From NCBI GenBank assembly GCA_013239625.1, contig MU054220.1, forward strand, positions 6,060,626 through 6,124,625: DNA of 64,000 bases, in the 5' to 3' direction. Within the stretch, counting starts at the first letter, position 1; each line of letters opens with the position of its first letter. Shown here one piece after another: positions 50,290 through 62,727 of this stretch. The notes below the pieces were generated by a model. It saw only the letters and a program-made list of their open reading frames with translations, was not told the DNA's origin and made no database searches. The position numbers were made by a program, and so were the translations under genes. This DNA comes from Lama guanicoe. Taxonomy: Eukaryota.

Positions 50290-50520
50290 ACAGTGTACAG
50301 GCAAGAGCGTGTTAAGGGAGTTTTATAGGATGGAATCAAAATCCGACTCTGCCAACTACTAGCTCTGTGACCATCAACACGTAAACTACTTTTCTGAAAT
50401 TCAGTATATTTTCTCATAATAATGAGATGATGCTACTTCTATTATAAGTGTTCTTTATGAGGATAATGTGAGTTCACAATAGCAAAATGCTAATATTGTT
50501 GTAGGAGCTCAATTTAGTTT
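50290..50520 (+). mobile_element. MIR
   Basis: tcaaaatccgactctgccaactactagctctgtgacc...tatgaggataatgtgag. Confidence 0.75.
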
Positions 50521-50984
50521 CCTTCTGCGTGTCCCTCTTCCTTCACTTCACTTTTATATCAAGAATCTGATATTTCCCACCCACCTACCCACCCACCCAC
50601 ATTTAAAAGGCTAAATTAGGGATAGTAACTATCTAAAGTCTCCTTTCTCTAATTTTTACTGGAATGGGGACCCATGTGGGTGCTGGCAAAAGGATTTATA
50701 GTCAGTTAGTACTGAACATAACACTTGGTGGATTCTGAGGAAGAAATGAAACTATTTAAAGGTCTTATGGTACATTTTAGATTCTGGGACTCCCACTGTG
50801 AGTATTGGCAATGTCAGGGAGTTTTTTTTTCCCCAATTGTGGGCATGAGGAGGTAGGATATCAGTTTAAAGAAAGAAAATACTGTGTGTTCAAATATCAT
50901 AAAGTGACCCTTTTAAGAAACAGTCAAGAAAGAGCCAGTAACAGTTCCTTTATGTTTCTCCAAAGACTGATTTTTGTTGAATCT

Positions 50985-52010
50985 AAATGACTTTGTAACA
51001 TATATAACAAGTTGCCACATATATATGAATAGCTCATAAAAAATGTTACATAGAATAACTTAAATAAAAAAACAAGGGTTATGAATAGGTCATTAATAGA
51101 AGAGGAACCTGAAAATGTCGTTAAACATGAAGAAATTTTCAACTCACTGATCTAGGAATTGCAAACATGAGGCAAAAATGAAATACACAAATATGACACA
51201 CCATTTCATACCCATCAGATAAGCAAAAATTAAGTTTGACTATAGCAAGTGCTGACAAAGATATGGGAAAATGGAATCACAAAATGATGTTAACACTTTG
51301 GAGAGCAATTTGACAATGCTTCTTAATAAAATTGTCAATGTGCAACCGTATGACTAACAGTTGTACTTCTGGAATTATATCCTATAGAAATACTCAAAAA
51401 TGTGCAATAGGAGACTTGTGCAAGGATATTTATGGCACCACTGTTAATAATAGCAAAACACTACAAATGAACAAAATATAATACTGGAAAAATGAAATAC
51501 GATATATTTTTCAATTCAACATTTGACATCAATTAAAAGGAGTGAACTAGACTTCTTTATAACATAGATCATCTCAAAAACATAAGTTTTGAGGAGAAGA
51601 GGCAATTTGAAGAATGATACATGGAATAAATATATATGCAAATTTAAAACCATAGATAATACTATAAATGGATCTATATAAATGAATGTTGTCTATGTAC
51701 CCATCTATATCTATCAGGAATTGTTATACATTCATAAATTTATCCATCTTTCTCTCAATCCATTAATATATCCATCTGTATTTTTAAATGTACTAGAATA
51801 ATACATATCAAATTTATAAACATGGTTGCCTGGGGATAGGAAGGAAGTTTGCTGGAATGGAATGGGAGATAAAGCAAAGTACATTTTAATTTCGTTTATA
51901 ATGAGTATCTTTTCATAATTTAAGAAAAGAAATGAAGCAAATTTTACAAAATATAATTATTGTCTATTTCAGGTGGTATGTATAGTTACACCCTTCTTAC
52001 ATTTTGTTTT
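50985..52010 (+). mobile_element. L1ME-like 3' region
   Basis: caccatttcatacccatcagat...actttggagagcaatttgaca...catagatcatctcaaaaacata. Confidence 0.8.
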
Positions 52011-53414
52011 AATCTTCTTTAATATTTGTCCAATAATAATGTTCTAGATGAAAGAATTAAATACATGTAATTGTAGAATTTTAGCCCTTGAAATCTGAAT
52101 GTGTTTTTATTGACTAGAAAAAGCAAATATGGTCATTTGTTTGTAACATCTGTAGTGGGCTGTGAAACAATTCATAAAGGAATGAAATTTGGCATTTGTC
52201 TAGAGGACCCAGATCTACATAAGCCTTGCCCTGTTAATTATATCTTCAGGGAGAGAAGTGGCTCTGAGATATGAAGTAATTATGGAAGATCAGAGGTAGA
52301 GGAGAACTCAAGAAACAATCCAGGAAGTTCCTGTCATTTGAGCGAGGAAGAGACTGAGGTCCATGCAGGGGCAGCAACTTGGCAAAAATTACGTATTCTC
52401 ATTAGTGGCAGTCAATTCTCTGAATTTCTAGTTGAGCGCACCACAGAGTTACAGGTGCTCCTTCTGGGAACCCAAATTACTTTTTCCTGTTCCAGTCACT
52501 TTTGCTTCTGGGCAAAGGTGATGAAATCAGAAGCAATGCCAATTAAGCCATTTCTGCATTCTGCCCTGAGCCAAATAGCAGGGGTAGGGATCTACCTCAG
52601 GGTCTGGACTTCCATCTATAAGTTGCTAGGTCAGCTCATGTGACACACCCTGCTCCCCCTTGTCCTTACATCGCCACGCCAGCTGTGCTTCCTTGGCTTC
52701 GGCTTCCAGCTCATTGATTTCAGGAAAATCCAGGGGGCAAATTTCCTTCTTGAGAGATGCAATTTTGCAAGGCTTTGAAGGCTTGTAAGGGCCTTATTAA
52801 TAAAGGCTGGAATTAATTAAAAGAGAAGGTCAAGGCAGCTTAACCACCTATTGCTCTGGAAGGACAATGTGGCACCAAATGAGTGATTGTTATTGATTAA
52901 GCATTTTGATTGCCTGCTTGGACAGTCAATCAATACTAAAGAGTCAGTTTCTTCAAAATATTAAACAAAATGAAGACAAAGATTTTAGCTTGGAGCCTGC
53001 ATTCCTAATGTTTTGCTAAAAGTTAGCTAGAAAACTCTTTGCATTCAGGTGAATTGCAGGAGAGTAAGTGAAGGAGGAGTGATGGATTATTGAGCTGCTT
53101 GAAAAGCAATAGTTGCTGCCTGTGGCTCTTGTAATTCACTCTGGAAACATGTATCCTGAGGCTTGTGGTAAGAGTAGATCAGATGTAATGGGTATTTTTT
53201 CATAATTGGAACGTAAGGGATATTTTTCTTCCAATTAAGGACAGAAAAGCAACTCCCTATTGAAGAATCCATTTCAAACGTTAAAGGAACATAGTGTTTT
53301 TCTCATTTTATGATTGAAAATAGTCCAGCAGTTCTAAAAACAGTGCATCCAAGGTATAATAGAGAGGTCGAGGTAGAACTGAAGGATTATGTTAATTTCT
53401 ACCCTGAAAAGCAA

Positions 53415-53795
53415 GAGCTAGCATTTATATGGTGCTTAGTAGGGGTCAGGCAGTGTTGACTCATTTAATTCTCACAATAAATCTCTGAGGCAAGTGTTAG
53501 TATTATCCTCCTTTTATACATAAGAAAGCGATGATTTGCCCGATGTTACTCAGCTAATAGAGCTAAGATTTGAACTGAGGAAGTCTGTTCCTAACCACTA
53601 GGCTAGTAGTTTTCTGATTTTAACACACATCAGAGTCATCTGGAGGGCTTGTTAAACCACAGAATGCTGGTCTCCAACCCCAGAGTTTCTGATTTAGTAG
53701 GTCTAGGGTGGGACCCAAGAATTTGAATTTCTAAACAAGATTCAAATTAATGCTGTTACTCCTAATCTAGGATTCAGGCTTTGAGAACCACTGTA
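53415..53795. mobile_element. MIR (-, ~53415-53600) followed by MER5A (~53604-53795)
   Basis: ctcatttaattctcacaa...; acatcagagtcatctggagggcttgttaaac...gagtttctgatttagtaggtctagggtgggaccca...ctttgagaaccactg. Confidence 0.85.
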
Positions 53796-53964
53796 CTCAG
53801 CTATAGAACTTGAAATGTTACTACTTCTCTACCTAAGATTGGTATACATGTGTGACTCTTAGACTGTTAGTTCCTTTCAGATGTGGGGTCATAGTTAATC
53901 ACCCAAGCATATCACCATGGATACTTAAAACTATTTTTTAAAAAAATGATTGAATCTATGTTTG

Positions 53965-55075
53965 CATTTTTATTAAAGTTTATACAAACCTATTCAGAGT
54001 CTACGCTTCCTCCTACCCCTACCCCTGGCAACTACCAAGCTGTTCTCTGTATCTATAAGCCATTTTTTTTCTATTTTAGATTCCACATATAAGAGAGATC
54101 ATAACAGTATTGCCTTTCTCTGTCTGACTTATTTCACATAGTGTATTGCCCTTAAGCCCCATCCGTGGGGTCACAAATGGCATGATTTCATTCTTTTTTA
54201 TGGCTGAGTAATATTCCATTGTGTATATATTGTAGAGGCAGAAAAATTTTTCCTTCTTTTCTTGTAGGTTCTTTGGCTGGTCTAATACTCAAATTAACAT
54301 TAGACAGACTAACAGGAGAAAGACAAGTTTGATTTTATACATATAGGAGACCCCAAAATATGAGCCTCAAGGGCTGATTGGGCAGTTGAGTTTCATTTGC
54401 CATCCTGAGCTAAGGAATGGAATAGAAGCCTGGGGCTACAAAGGGGAGGAGAGTAATTCACTGAATGACAAGAAGAGCAGATGTTTGGTAATTAGAGGTT
54501 TGCTCTGCCTTGCAGATAGATTATTCAGAGAAAAAAATGCATCTCTGGAAATAGCTCTTCTTCTGGTACAGGCCCTCTCTCTAAATTCTTTTAGGTAGTT
54601 AAGGGAGAGGTAAAGTTTCTCCTAAGTCTGATGGGTCTTGATTGCCTTTAGCTCAAAATAATCCATATGCCAGAGGGGCATGTTTTAGGTGGCATATTCT
54701 GTTTCCCTTTGATATACCACAATTTCTTTATTCATCCATTGATGGACACTGAGGTTGTTTTCATATCTTGACTATTGTATACAATGCTGTAGTGAACATA
54801 AGAATGCATATATCTTTTTGAGTTAGTGATTTCATTTTCTTCAGATATATACCCAGAAGTGGAATTGCTGGATCACATGGTTGTTCTGTTTTTTATTTTT
54901 TAAGGAATCTCCATACTGTTTTCCATAGTGGCTGCATCAATTTACATTCCCACATAAAAGGCTTCCCTTTTATGTGTCTCAGGTTTTATGGTTTTAGTCT
55001 TCTGATTTCTGGTTTTAGGTTTTCAAGTCTTTAATCCTTTTTGAGTTCATTTTTATGAAAAATGTAAGACCGTGA
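53965..55075 (-). mobile_element. L1 3' portion split by an LTR
   Basis: ttagattccacatataag...atattccattgtgtatata resumes as taccacaatttctttattcatc after 54712. Confidence 0.85.
54231..54712 (-). mobile_element. ERV1-like solo LTR nested in an L1
   Basis: Clean interruption of the L1 in a (TA)n target; tgtagaggcagaaaa...gctcaaaataatccatatgcca...ctgtttccctttga. Confidence 0.75.
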
Positions 55076-56599
55076 TTGAGTGGATACTTAAAATTTTTGA
55101 TAAGTAGAGTAAGTCAAAAAGAAATACAAAAACACCAAAATTTAAGTGTGCCATATATCTTATCATATTTGAGGTCTAGATACATCATGACTAAAGCATG
55201 TCATTTGTGAATTGATTCATGAATATATTTGAGTGCCATTTTCCATCATTTAATGCTAGTTGCTCTATACTGAGTCATTTGTTGATCATTCACAATGTAT
55301 ATTTTCATACCCCTAGGCTGTTTTCTTTGTCTGGCATGCTCCCTCACTGCTTACTGACAAATAGACATTTTACTCACCTTGCAAGGCCCCTGTCAGCTCC
55401 GTTGTAAGGTGTGAAGTTCCCCATAGTTGAAAGGGATCTGAAATGGTAAGATAACCATTCTCTAGACTAGTTTGTGGCAAAGACAAGTTGCACTACAAGT
55501 CAGCAGCTTGAGATCATCAGGACATGAGATTTATTCATTCTTCTTGGCTCCCACATCAAGATGTCCTTATCTCTACTCTTGGCCTTTCCCACTTCTTACT
55601 TCTTTTTGGCCTTACACAATGAGTGACTCGAGTTCAGATTCTAGAAGAATGCAAAGAAAACATGACTGATGTCTTGACTTTGTTCAACTTTGTCCTTTGT
55701 GGTAGTGAGGTTCCAGGAAACAGACAGGCTATATCAGTTCATCAAACAACTCTAAATTGCCATGAATGTCTCCAGAAAGTTCAACTAATAAAGGGAGTTC
55801 TCAATTACATTCAAAGTTCAAAAACCTTCAAATCTCTAAGAAAATCAAAGCCATTGAAATGCATAGAACCCCCTAACAGAGCTGGCCTTATTCTTGAATC
55901 CTCCATGGCCCCATGTGTATGGCATTGCAGAAAACACCAGCTAGCTATGGAAGTTGATATAAAATGAACATGAAGACAACTCCTAAATCTGCAACCCCCC
56001 CCAAAAAACCCCAAAAAAACGAAGGTTGGCAATGCTGCTGCTTGACTCTGATTCAGCCATGGGCAGGGAGGAGTGAACACCTTGACATCTACCTCCCTCC
56101 TTTCTAAGATGCCTATGCTGCTTTGAAGTTGATGAACCTTAGGATCAAAATGAGAAAGAGATTAGCCACCTCCAAATCCTCTGGTTGGAAGCAGGCTTCC
56201 TTGTATTCTGTAGGTAATTAGGGAATTCATAATAGACTACCCTAGAAGCCAGATGGCAGGAAGCTCCATAGAGGGAAAAACTGTCCTTATAAGCATCAAC
56301 AATGGCAAACCCTAAATGTAGGCTTTACAGATAAGAAAACTGAGGCTTCAAGCAGCTGAGAAGAGAAGTGGCAGACCAGGATTCCAAGGTAGGAGCCTCC
56401 GATCCGAGACTCTATGCCTGCAGCCTCTGTTTGAAAACAAACCAACAAACATATAGCGCCTACAGTACAGACTGTCCTGGAGCACTGCATTAGACTCGGA
56501 GCATTACTGCAGGGTGGTTCTTGTATTTAGATAATTCTGTGGAAAAATTATGTAAACCCTGCTAATTCACTTAAGAAATTAATTTAATAATTCCTCATT

Positions 56600-57291
56600 C
56601 AGAACCCTCCTGCACTGCTGGGATTGTAAATTGGTGTAGCCATTATGGAGAGCAGTATGGAGGTTCCTCAAAAAACGAAAAATAGAGTTATCATATGATC
56701 CATCAATCCCACTTCTGAACATATATCTGGAAAAGACGAAAGCCCTAATTCGAAAAGCCCTAGTTCAGTAAGATACATGCACCTCAGTGTTCCTAATGGC
56801 ACTATTTAGAATAGCTAAGATATGGAAGCAACCTAAGCGTCCATCAACAGATGAAATAAGATGTGGTATGTATTATGGATATGTCTCTCTCTCTCTGTGC
56901 ACACACACACAATGGATATTACTCAGCCATTAAAAAGAATGAAATCACGCTATTTGAAGCAATATGGATGAACCTACAGATTATCATACTGTCAGACAGA
57001 GAAAGACAAATATTATATGATATCACTTATATGTGGAATCTAAAAAATAGTACAGATGAGCTTATTTACAAAACAGAAACAGACTCACAGACACAGACAA
57101 CAAACTTATGGTTATGAAGGGGGAAGAGGGGCGATGAGGGATAAATTGGGAGTGTGGGATTAACAGATGCACACTACCGTATATAAAATAAAGTCATACC
57201 GTGTAGCACAGGAAACTATATTCAATATGTTGTAATAAACTATATGAAAAGCAACCCAAAAAAGAATATAGATATATACATATGAAAAAAA
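56600..57291 (+). mobile_element. 5'-truncated artiodactyl-type L1
   Basis: gtaaattggtgtagcc...acagaaacagactcacagac...gcacaggaaactatattcaata; A tail; TSD-like ataattcctc / agaattcccc. Confidence 0.9.
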
Positions 57292-57379
57292 GAATTCCCC
57301 TTTCACTCTGACCTGATGGACATCGTGACTTCTGTAGGTATGGTCACAGGTTTAGAAAGGTATAGAGTGAAAATAACAA

Positions 57380-57530
57380 GGACTGTGAGGCCACACAGCC
57401 CTGGGTTTCAGTTCTACGCCTGCCCCTTTGCGTAGCCTTGTGCAGGTTACTTCCCTCTGAGTATTAGTTTCCCCCATGGATATTGTGAGGTTGAAATGAG
57501 ATAATGTGTATGAAAATGTTTCATTAATTC
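57380..57530 (+). mobile_element. MIR
   Basis: ccctgggtttcagttc...ttgtgaggttgaaatgagataatgtgtatgaaaa. Confidence 0.75.
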
Positions 57531-58139
57531 TTAAAAAAAAAAAACCAAACTCTGGATTCTACTTTATAGAGGCAACTGCTATTGCTATCCTTAATAGAAA
57601 GAGAGAAACCTCTTTTACATAAGCATTGTGTTTGAGAATGTAAATAGAGTATTAACATAGGAGGAAATGAGTAACTGCTTTAGGCCAGCTCCCTAGAGGC
57701 AGCAATTACCGAGAACAATTACACAGCGCTTTTACCCCGAAGGCTGGAGAGCTCTGACTCACAGCTGCTCACTGTCTCTGACGAGGATTCCGCTGACAGG
57801 CTCTGGAGAGAGGAGGATTACCTGGCGGTCTTCACCAGGGACTGGGATATCAGAGGCTGCAGCTTTTGCCATTGTGCTATTAAAACCCTGAGCCTCAGCT
57901 CTCTCTGGCTGGTGCTGAGTGCTGACAGCTGGCTGTGTTTGCTTCTCATGAATCATGGGACTGCGTATTTTGGGCCTCAGTAGCATCTTTAGTGAACTTA
58001 GATACTTTTAACACCCCAGTTATTGGGTAGACAGCCAGCGTAGCCCAGTTCCCAAAAACAGCTCCCAGGAGCTGAGTGCCTACCGTGTGTTGGGCATGAC
58101 ATCCCACACATGACTTCTGGAATTTTCTGTCCTCTTAAG

Positions 58140-58635
58140 GTTACAGCGCATAAATGACTTATTTGGAGGGTCTTCCCGATGTGAGAGACTTGCTAAAACC
58201 ATAGTCCACTGCTGAAGAGACAGAGAGGCCCAAATACTCCTTTCCCACATCCTCTGTAGGTACAGTGCAGCCACATGAGCTAGGCCTGGCTGACTGATAT
58301 TTCTCCCTGTCACTTTGAGGTGGAGCCAGTAATTACCATGAAACATGCTCAGTGCTAGAAGCAAAGGTGGATCCAGCATCCATGGTGCCTGTGGCGTCTG
58401 GGCTGGGGGTGGCTCCCAGTGTTAGCCACGCTGTTTCCCTGCTCGTGTGACCATGTTGTAGGACCGATCCCTTTAGTTTGCTCTGCAATCTGCCCATTCT
58501 TGGCTGTGACAGCTGGGGAGCTTTCTGTCATTCCTGACAATTCTTCGTTTTATGAACCCATTGTACTTCCAGCAGATTACCTCTCTGGTGCAGCAAGCAG
58601 ATCTGTTCTCTGTCACTTGCAACCAACATGAATAC
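58140..58635 (+). mobile_element. Old ERVL LTR (LTR16/LTR33-like)
   Basis: ctttcccacatcctctgtagg...gcagccacatgagctagg...; end ttctctgtcacttgcaaccaa. Confidence 0.6.
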
Positions 58636-59926
58636 AAATATAGTGATATTGATACTAGTCGGCCCAATTTACAAAGAAAAAAATTTTTAAATGACAATGT
58701 GAAGAGACATTAAGAAATGTTCCCATGAATATAAGCCTGATAAATGGAATATACAGGTGCTTTCTCTTCTTCCCTCTATTAGATTTTATATTTTCAACAA
58801 AAAATATCTACAGGTTTATAGAATTTATGAAGCAGAAAGGACCTCCAGGGCCCTTTTGTCCAAACTGTCCATTTTAAGGGAAGGATGTTTCACCCTAGAC
58901 AGAATGACTACAGCAAATCTGCGGCAAAGCCAACTCTAACTGTGGACTTTTTCAAATGCAGAGCTGGTTTCTTGAATCTGAGAGCAAGAAAACAAATTTT
59001 ATTACAATGGAAGATTGATATGGAATGATACGTTTCTCTGTATTTAAAACTCAGTCCTGTTCCAGGAGTAATGGGAGATGAACACTGAGATTACAAGTAG
59101 AGACAATCTGGCAAGTTTAGGGAGTGATTCATGAAGGAGCAGGAGAATGATCTCTTAATTCTGTTTTTCTACTTTACATTTACATGGTGCCTTGCAGCTT
59201 ATTAGTAGTAGTACTGTTAATACTAGGAGGCATGAATAATCTGCTTTAACCACTTCCATTTCCCTTTTCTGACTCTCCAGTTCTGGCTGGTGGGTCTCTC
59301 TTCTGTTCCATCACCATGCCAAACACCTGAGAAGACCTATTACGAGGCATTCTACTCTTCCAAGTACTTTTCAGCCCTGCAGGGTCAACTGTGAGCTCCT
59401 TGAGAGTCTCCCTAGCTCTGTTCCCTTTGTTCCAGACCCCAAGGACATGTCCATACTAGGATATTATAGCCACATGATAGGCATGTGTTGATTGTTTGTT
59501 AAATGATGAGACTGGAGGAACACATGCAGCAAATATGTTTTCACTCAGCATGAATCAGATGAGCAAAAAAGTAAAATCCCTTCTGTTCTCTTGCTGGTTT
59601 CTTTTGTCTCCTCTTTAAATGTCAGGAACTTAAAATTGTCAATTTAAGGATAAGTTCTTATCTTCCGATTTTAAACAAAAGAGATGCTTTGTTCATATGT
59701 TCAGTTTTTTTGGTTTTCTTTCCCTCATCCTCCTTTTCTTTGAGCAGTGGTCCCTATGGGTAGAAATCCCAGAAACTCTCAGTTGGCTTCTTAAATCTGG
59801 TCTCCTCATGTATCTTGTGCCTCTCCCTGTATCACAGATGAATTCTGAGAAGATATTGTCCAGAGAAGATGCATTCTAATAAGCTGCATATTTCTTCTGA
59901 CCTGTCTCTTGTGGGTCACAATGCAG

Positions 59927-60950
59927 TGTGCCGGTGACGCAGGTTGGTAGAATTACCAGAGACCCAGAAGAGTTTAGGAAAAGTTTAACAGTTAACGCTA
60001 CTACAGGCAACAGTGGGCCACACAGGCAAGAGGTGCCTGTGTGAGCGCCTGGGGGAACGTGCAGGGTCTTTTATTGGAGGGGAGAGGGCTTTGCACACAA
60101 GGAGCAGGGGCTGCATGATCAGTTCGTGCACAGGTACCTGACTGGTTGTAAGATCTGTCAGGGACTTCTACAGCTTTGATAAGGGCAGGATGTGAGACCT
60201 GTCTGCCTAGGGTATTGAGAGAGGGGCTATTTCCTGGGGCATTGAGTTTTGTTAGGGTAAACACACATCATGCTGTGTTCTTTTTGTTTGTTTGTTTTTT
60301 GTTTTTATCCTGGAGAAATGCAGGTATGCAGAGTGGTCCTGTAGTGGAGAGTGGAGGTTGAGGTGTCAATGGCTCCAGGCACACAGAGAGCCCAGGAGTG
60401 GGTGTTACATAACTTCAGAGAGTACCAGCCTGCTCCACATTCCCCCTTGACAAATTGGCAGTGACAAATCTTTGGAACATGGGAGGAGGTCTTTTTCCTT
60501 CTGGAACTACTTCCTGCTGGACATGGACGTTCTTTTGTCCCTACCCATCATGCCAATCTATCTGGGGTGTGGGGGCCAACCTGGTGCTCCCCAGGAATCT
60601 GACTGCCTAAGGGGCAGCCTGGAAGTAACCCCCTTTGATATCCAAGGGCTGCATCACCGTCATGTTGGTAAGGGCCATGGCATCTCTGGTTGGCAGGGGA
60701 TGTCTGTTTTTGTTTCTTTGGAGCTTGGACCTCAAAGAGAGAGACAGTTGTTTTTGTAAGAGAGGGCTACAACGTAAAAATAAATGTATACCAAGATAAA
60801 CAGCTAATCCCGATAAAAGGACGAAGAGGAGAAATCTAAAATGCCTGTGAAAAAAGAACCCATTCCCTCTGGAATCCAAGAAAAAAAAAATACTATCAGA
60901 GAACCAGTTAGAAACCTGTTTGTTAATCTCTTTACTGTAACCTCTTTGTT
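59927..60950 (-). mobile_element. ERV1-class remnant: env TM/cytoplasmic tail, PPT and 3' LTR (LTR 59927-60439)
   Basis: On - strand: FFSWIPEGMGSFFTGI, frameshift, FRFLLFVLLSGLAVYLGIHLFLRC; then CAGCAGGAAGTAG motif, PPT AAGGGGGAA (60440-60448) abutting TGTGGAGC, AATAAA at ~60070-60075 and CA end. Confidence 0.75.
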
Positions 60951-61009
60951 GTAAGCATCGTCATGCCCAACCCATTGGGGATATAAGTATAGCACTCAGT
61001 ACACTACCC

Positions 61010-61620
61010 TCTTGGAAGTTACATAGTGTCACTTTCACCACATTCTCTTGGTTACAAGGAGAGAGGATTAGACACCACCTCTTTTTGGAGGTACACCCTG
61101 CGTAAGGCTTAAGATTAAAGACCAGTGCTGTGTACTGACATCTGGTAAAACCAGAGCCTAGCCTTGAAAGGCTCATCTGAAAGTTTCCTTCCCTACTCTG
61201 CTTTCACAGATAAGGTGCACTGACCAAACAACCCTCCTTATTAAGAGTACTTATTTTAGAGTAGTTTGTTTCAATTCCCTTACAGCTTGCAGAACTATTT
61301 AAACAAGCCAGTTACACTTCACAGCAAGAACCAGGAGTCACATCACCGTATTGAGCTATTTATTGAGCCTGCCTCTCCTGGCCTCCCCACCACCCGCCTC
61401 TCCTCAATTTTCATTCTGTTTCCAAGTGCAACCTCCAGGTGGCAGTGTATGGCATTTAGTGTCCTTTGGCCCTGGGGCTATGAATATATGTGACTAATAA
61501 CCTACTATTGATCTCATCTGTCCAGTGTTGAGTATTGTGTATTCAGCCATCTCCAGTAATTCTAGGGTGGGAATCCTTCTCTAAACAATGGGATGAATAG
61601 AATGCAATTAAAACGGTATG
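61010..61620 (+). mobile_element. Old ERVL-type LTR (MER74/MER73-like)
   Basis: cagataaggtgcactgaccaaacaaccctccttat...atgtgactaataacct...gatctcatctgtccagtgttg...tagggtgggaatcc. Confidence 0.55.
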
Positions 61621-62333
61621 GCAAAGTCACACTGTAGAAGACCATATTAGATGTAGAATGTAACATATTATTGTGGTCATCTATGGAAAATATCATCCCC
61701 ACTGCATCTCATCTTCCCTGCTTTCCTCAGTGAGCTAGGAGAACTCTTAAATATGCCCCAATAAATTTAGATGCCACGAAGAAAAGTGTGTGATTCAGGA
61801 TTAATTCGTATCACTGTCTTTATCACTAAACTGTTTGAGATGGAAAATCTTTATCCCAAAGCAGTTTTCTGGCACTATGGAACCCATCTTGAAACATGCT
61901 GAAGTGCTATTTTTAGTCTAGGTATGCTATCTACTTATTGGGCATTTGGAAATGGGTAGAGTCTGAAACTACACCCAGGTAATTCACAGGTTAATACATT
62001 ACAGGTGCTGTCCCTACATGTATCAAAGGTTGGTTTTCAGTGGTAAGTTGTCACTTAGGCCCATTCTGTTTGAATTAACAGATTTTGGAGCCTTTTCTGC
62101 TGAAGCATCTTAACTGCTTCAGATGTATTTGGAGTGTTAATAAGTGTTCTGAGCTATTGAAAGGGGCATGTTTCTGCAGATCAGTCTGGAAAGAAATCAC
62201 CAAAGGCTTAGGATACACATGGATATCATTTCTACTGAAAAAGCCATGGCCGTCTTGCAAACAGCTATAGAGAGAAGACAGTGGCATTCAAAGAGCTAAC
62301 ATGGCAGCATGTGTTTATTTAAATTATAGCCAT

Positions 62334-62727
62334 TGTATTAGTCAGGGTTCTCTAGAGAAACAGAACCAATAAGAGATTATATATAGGATCATGCAATTAT
62401 GGAGACTGAGACCTGTCTGCAAGCTGGAGACCCAAAAAAGGCAGCGCTGTAATTTTGTCTGAACCCGAAGGCCTGAGAACCAGGAGTGCCAAGGGCAGGA
62501 GAAGATGGATGTCTCAGCTCAAGTAATCAGGCAGGAAAGAACAAATGCCTCTTTCCTCCACATTTGTTATATTCAGATCCTCAATGGGTTAGGTGATGCC
62601 TGCCCACATTGGGGAGGTCACCAGTTCAAATCTCATCCAGAAACACCCTCACAGGCACATTCAGAAATAATGTTTAATCTGATAACCCCATGGTCAGTCA
62701 AGCTGATGTGTAAAATTAACTGTCATA
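62334..62727 (-). mobile_element. ERVL solo LTR (MLT2-like) with perfect 5-bp TSD
   Basis: tgtattagtcagggttctctagagaaacagaacc...aaattaactgtcata; gccat on both sides. Confidence 0.92.

Noticed and set aside
4455..62727. Three same-orientation MLT2 LTRs as ends of one provirus, or an LTR strand bias
   Set aside because: Tens of kb apart with different flanks and no ERVL internal sequence; other LTRs occur on both strands
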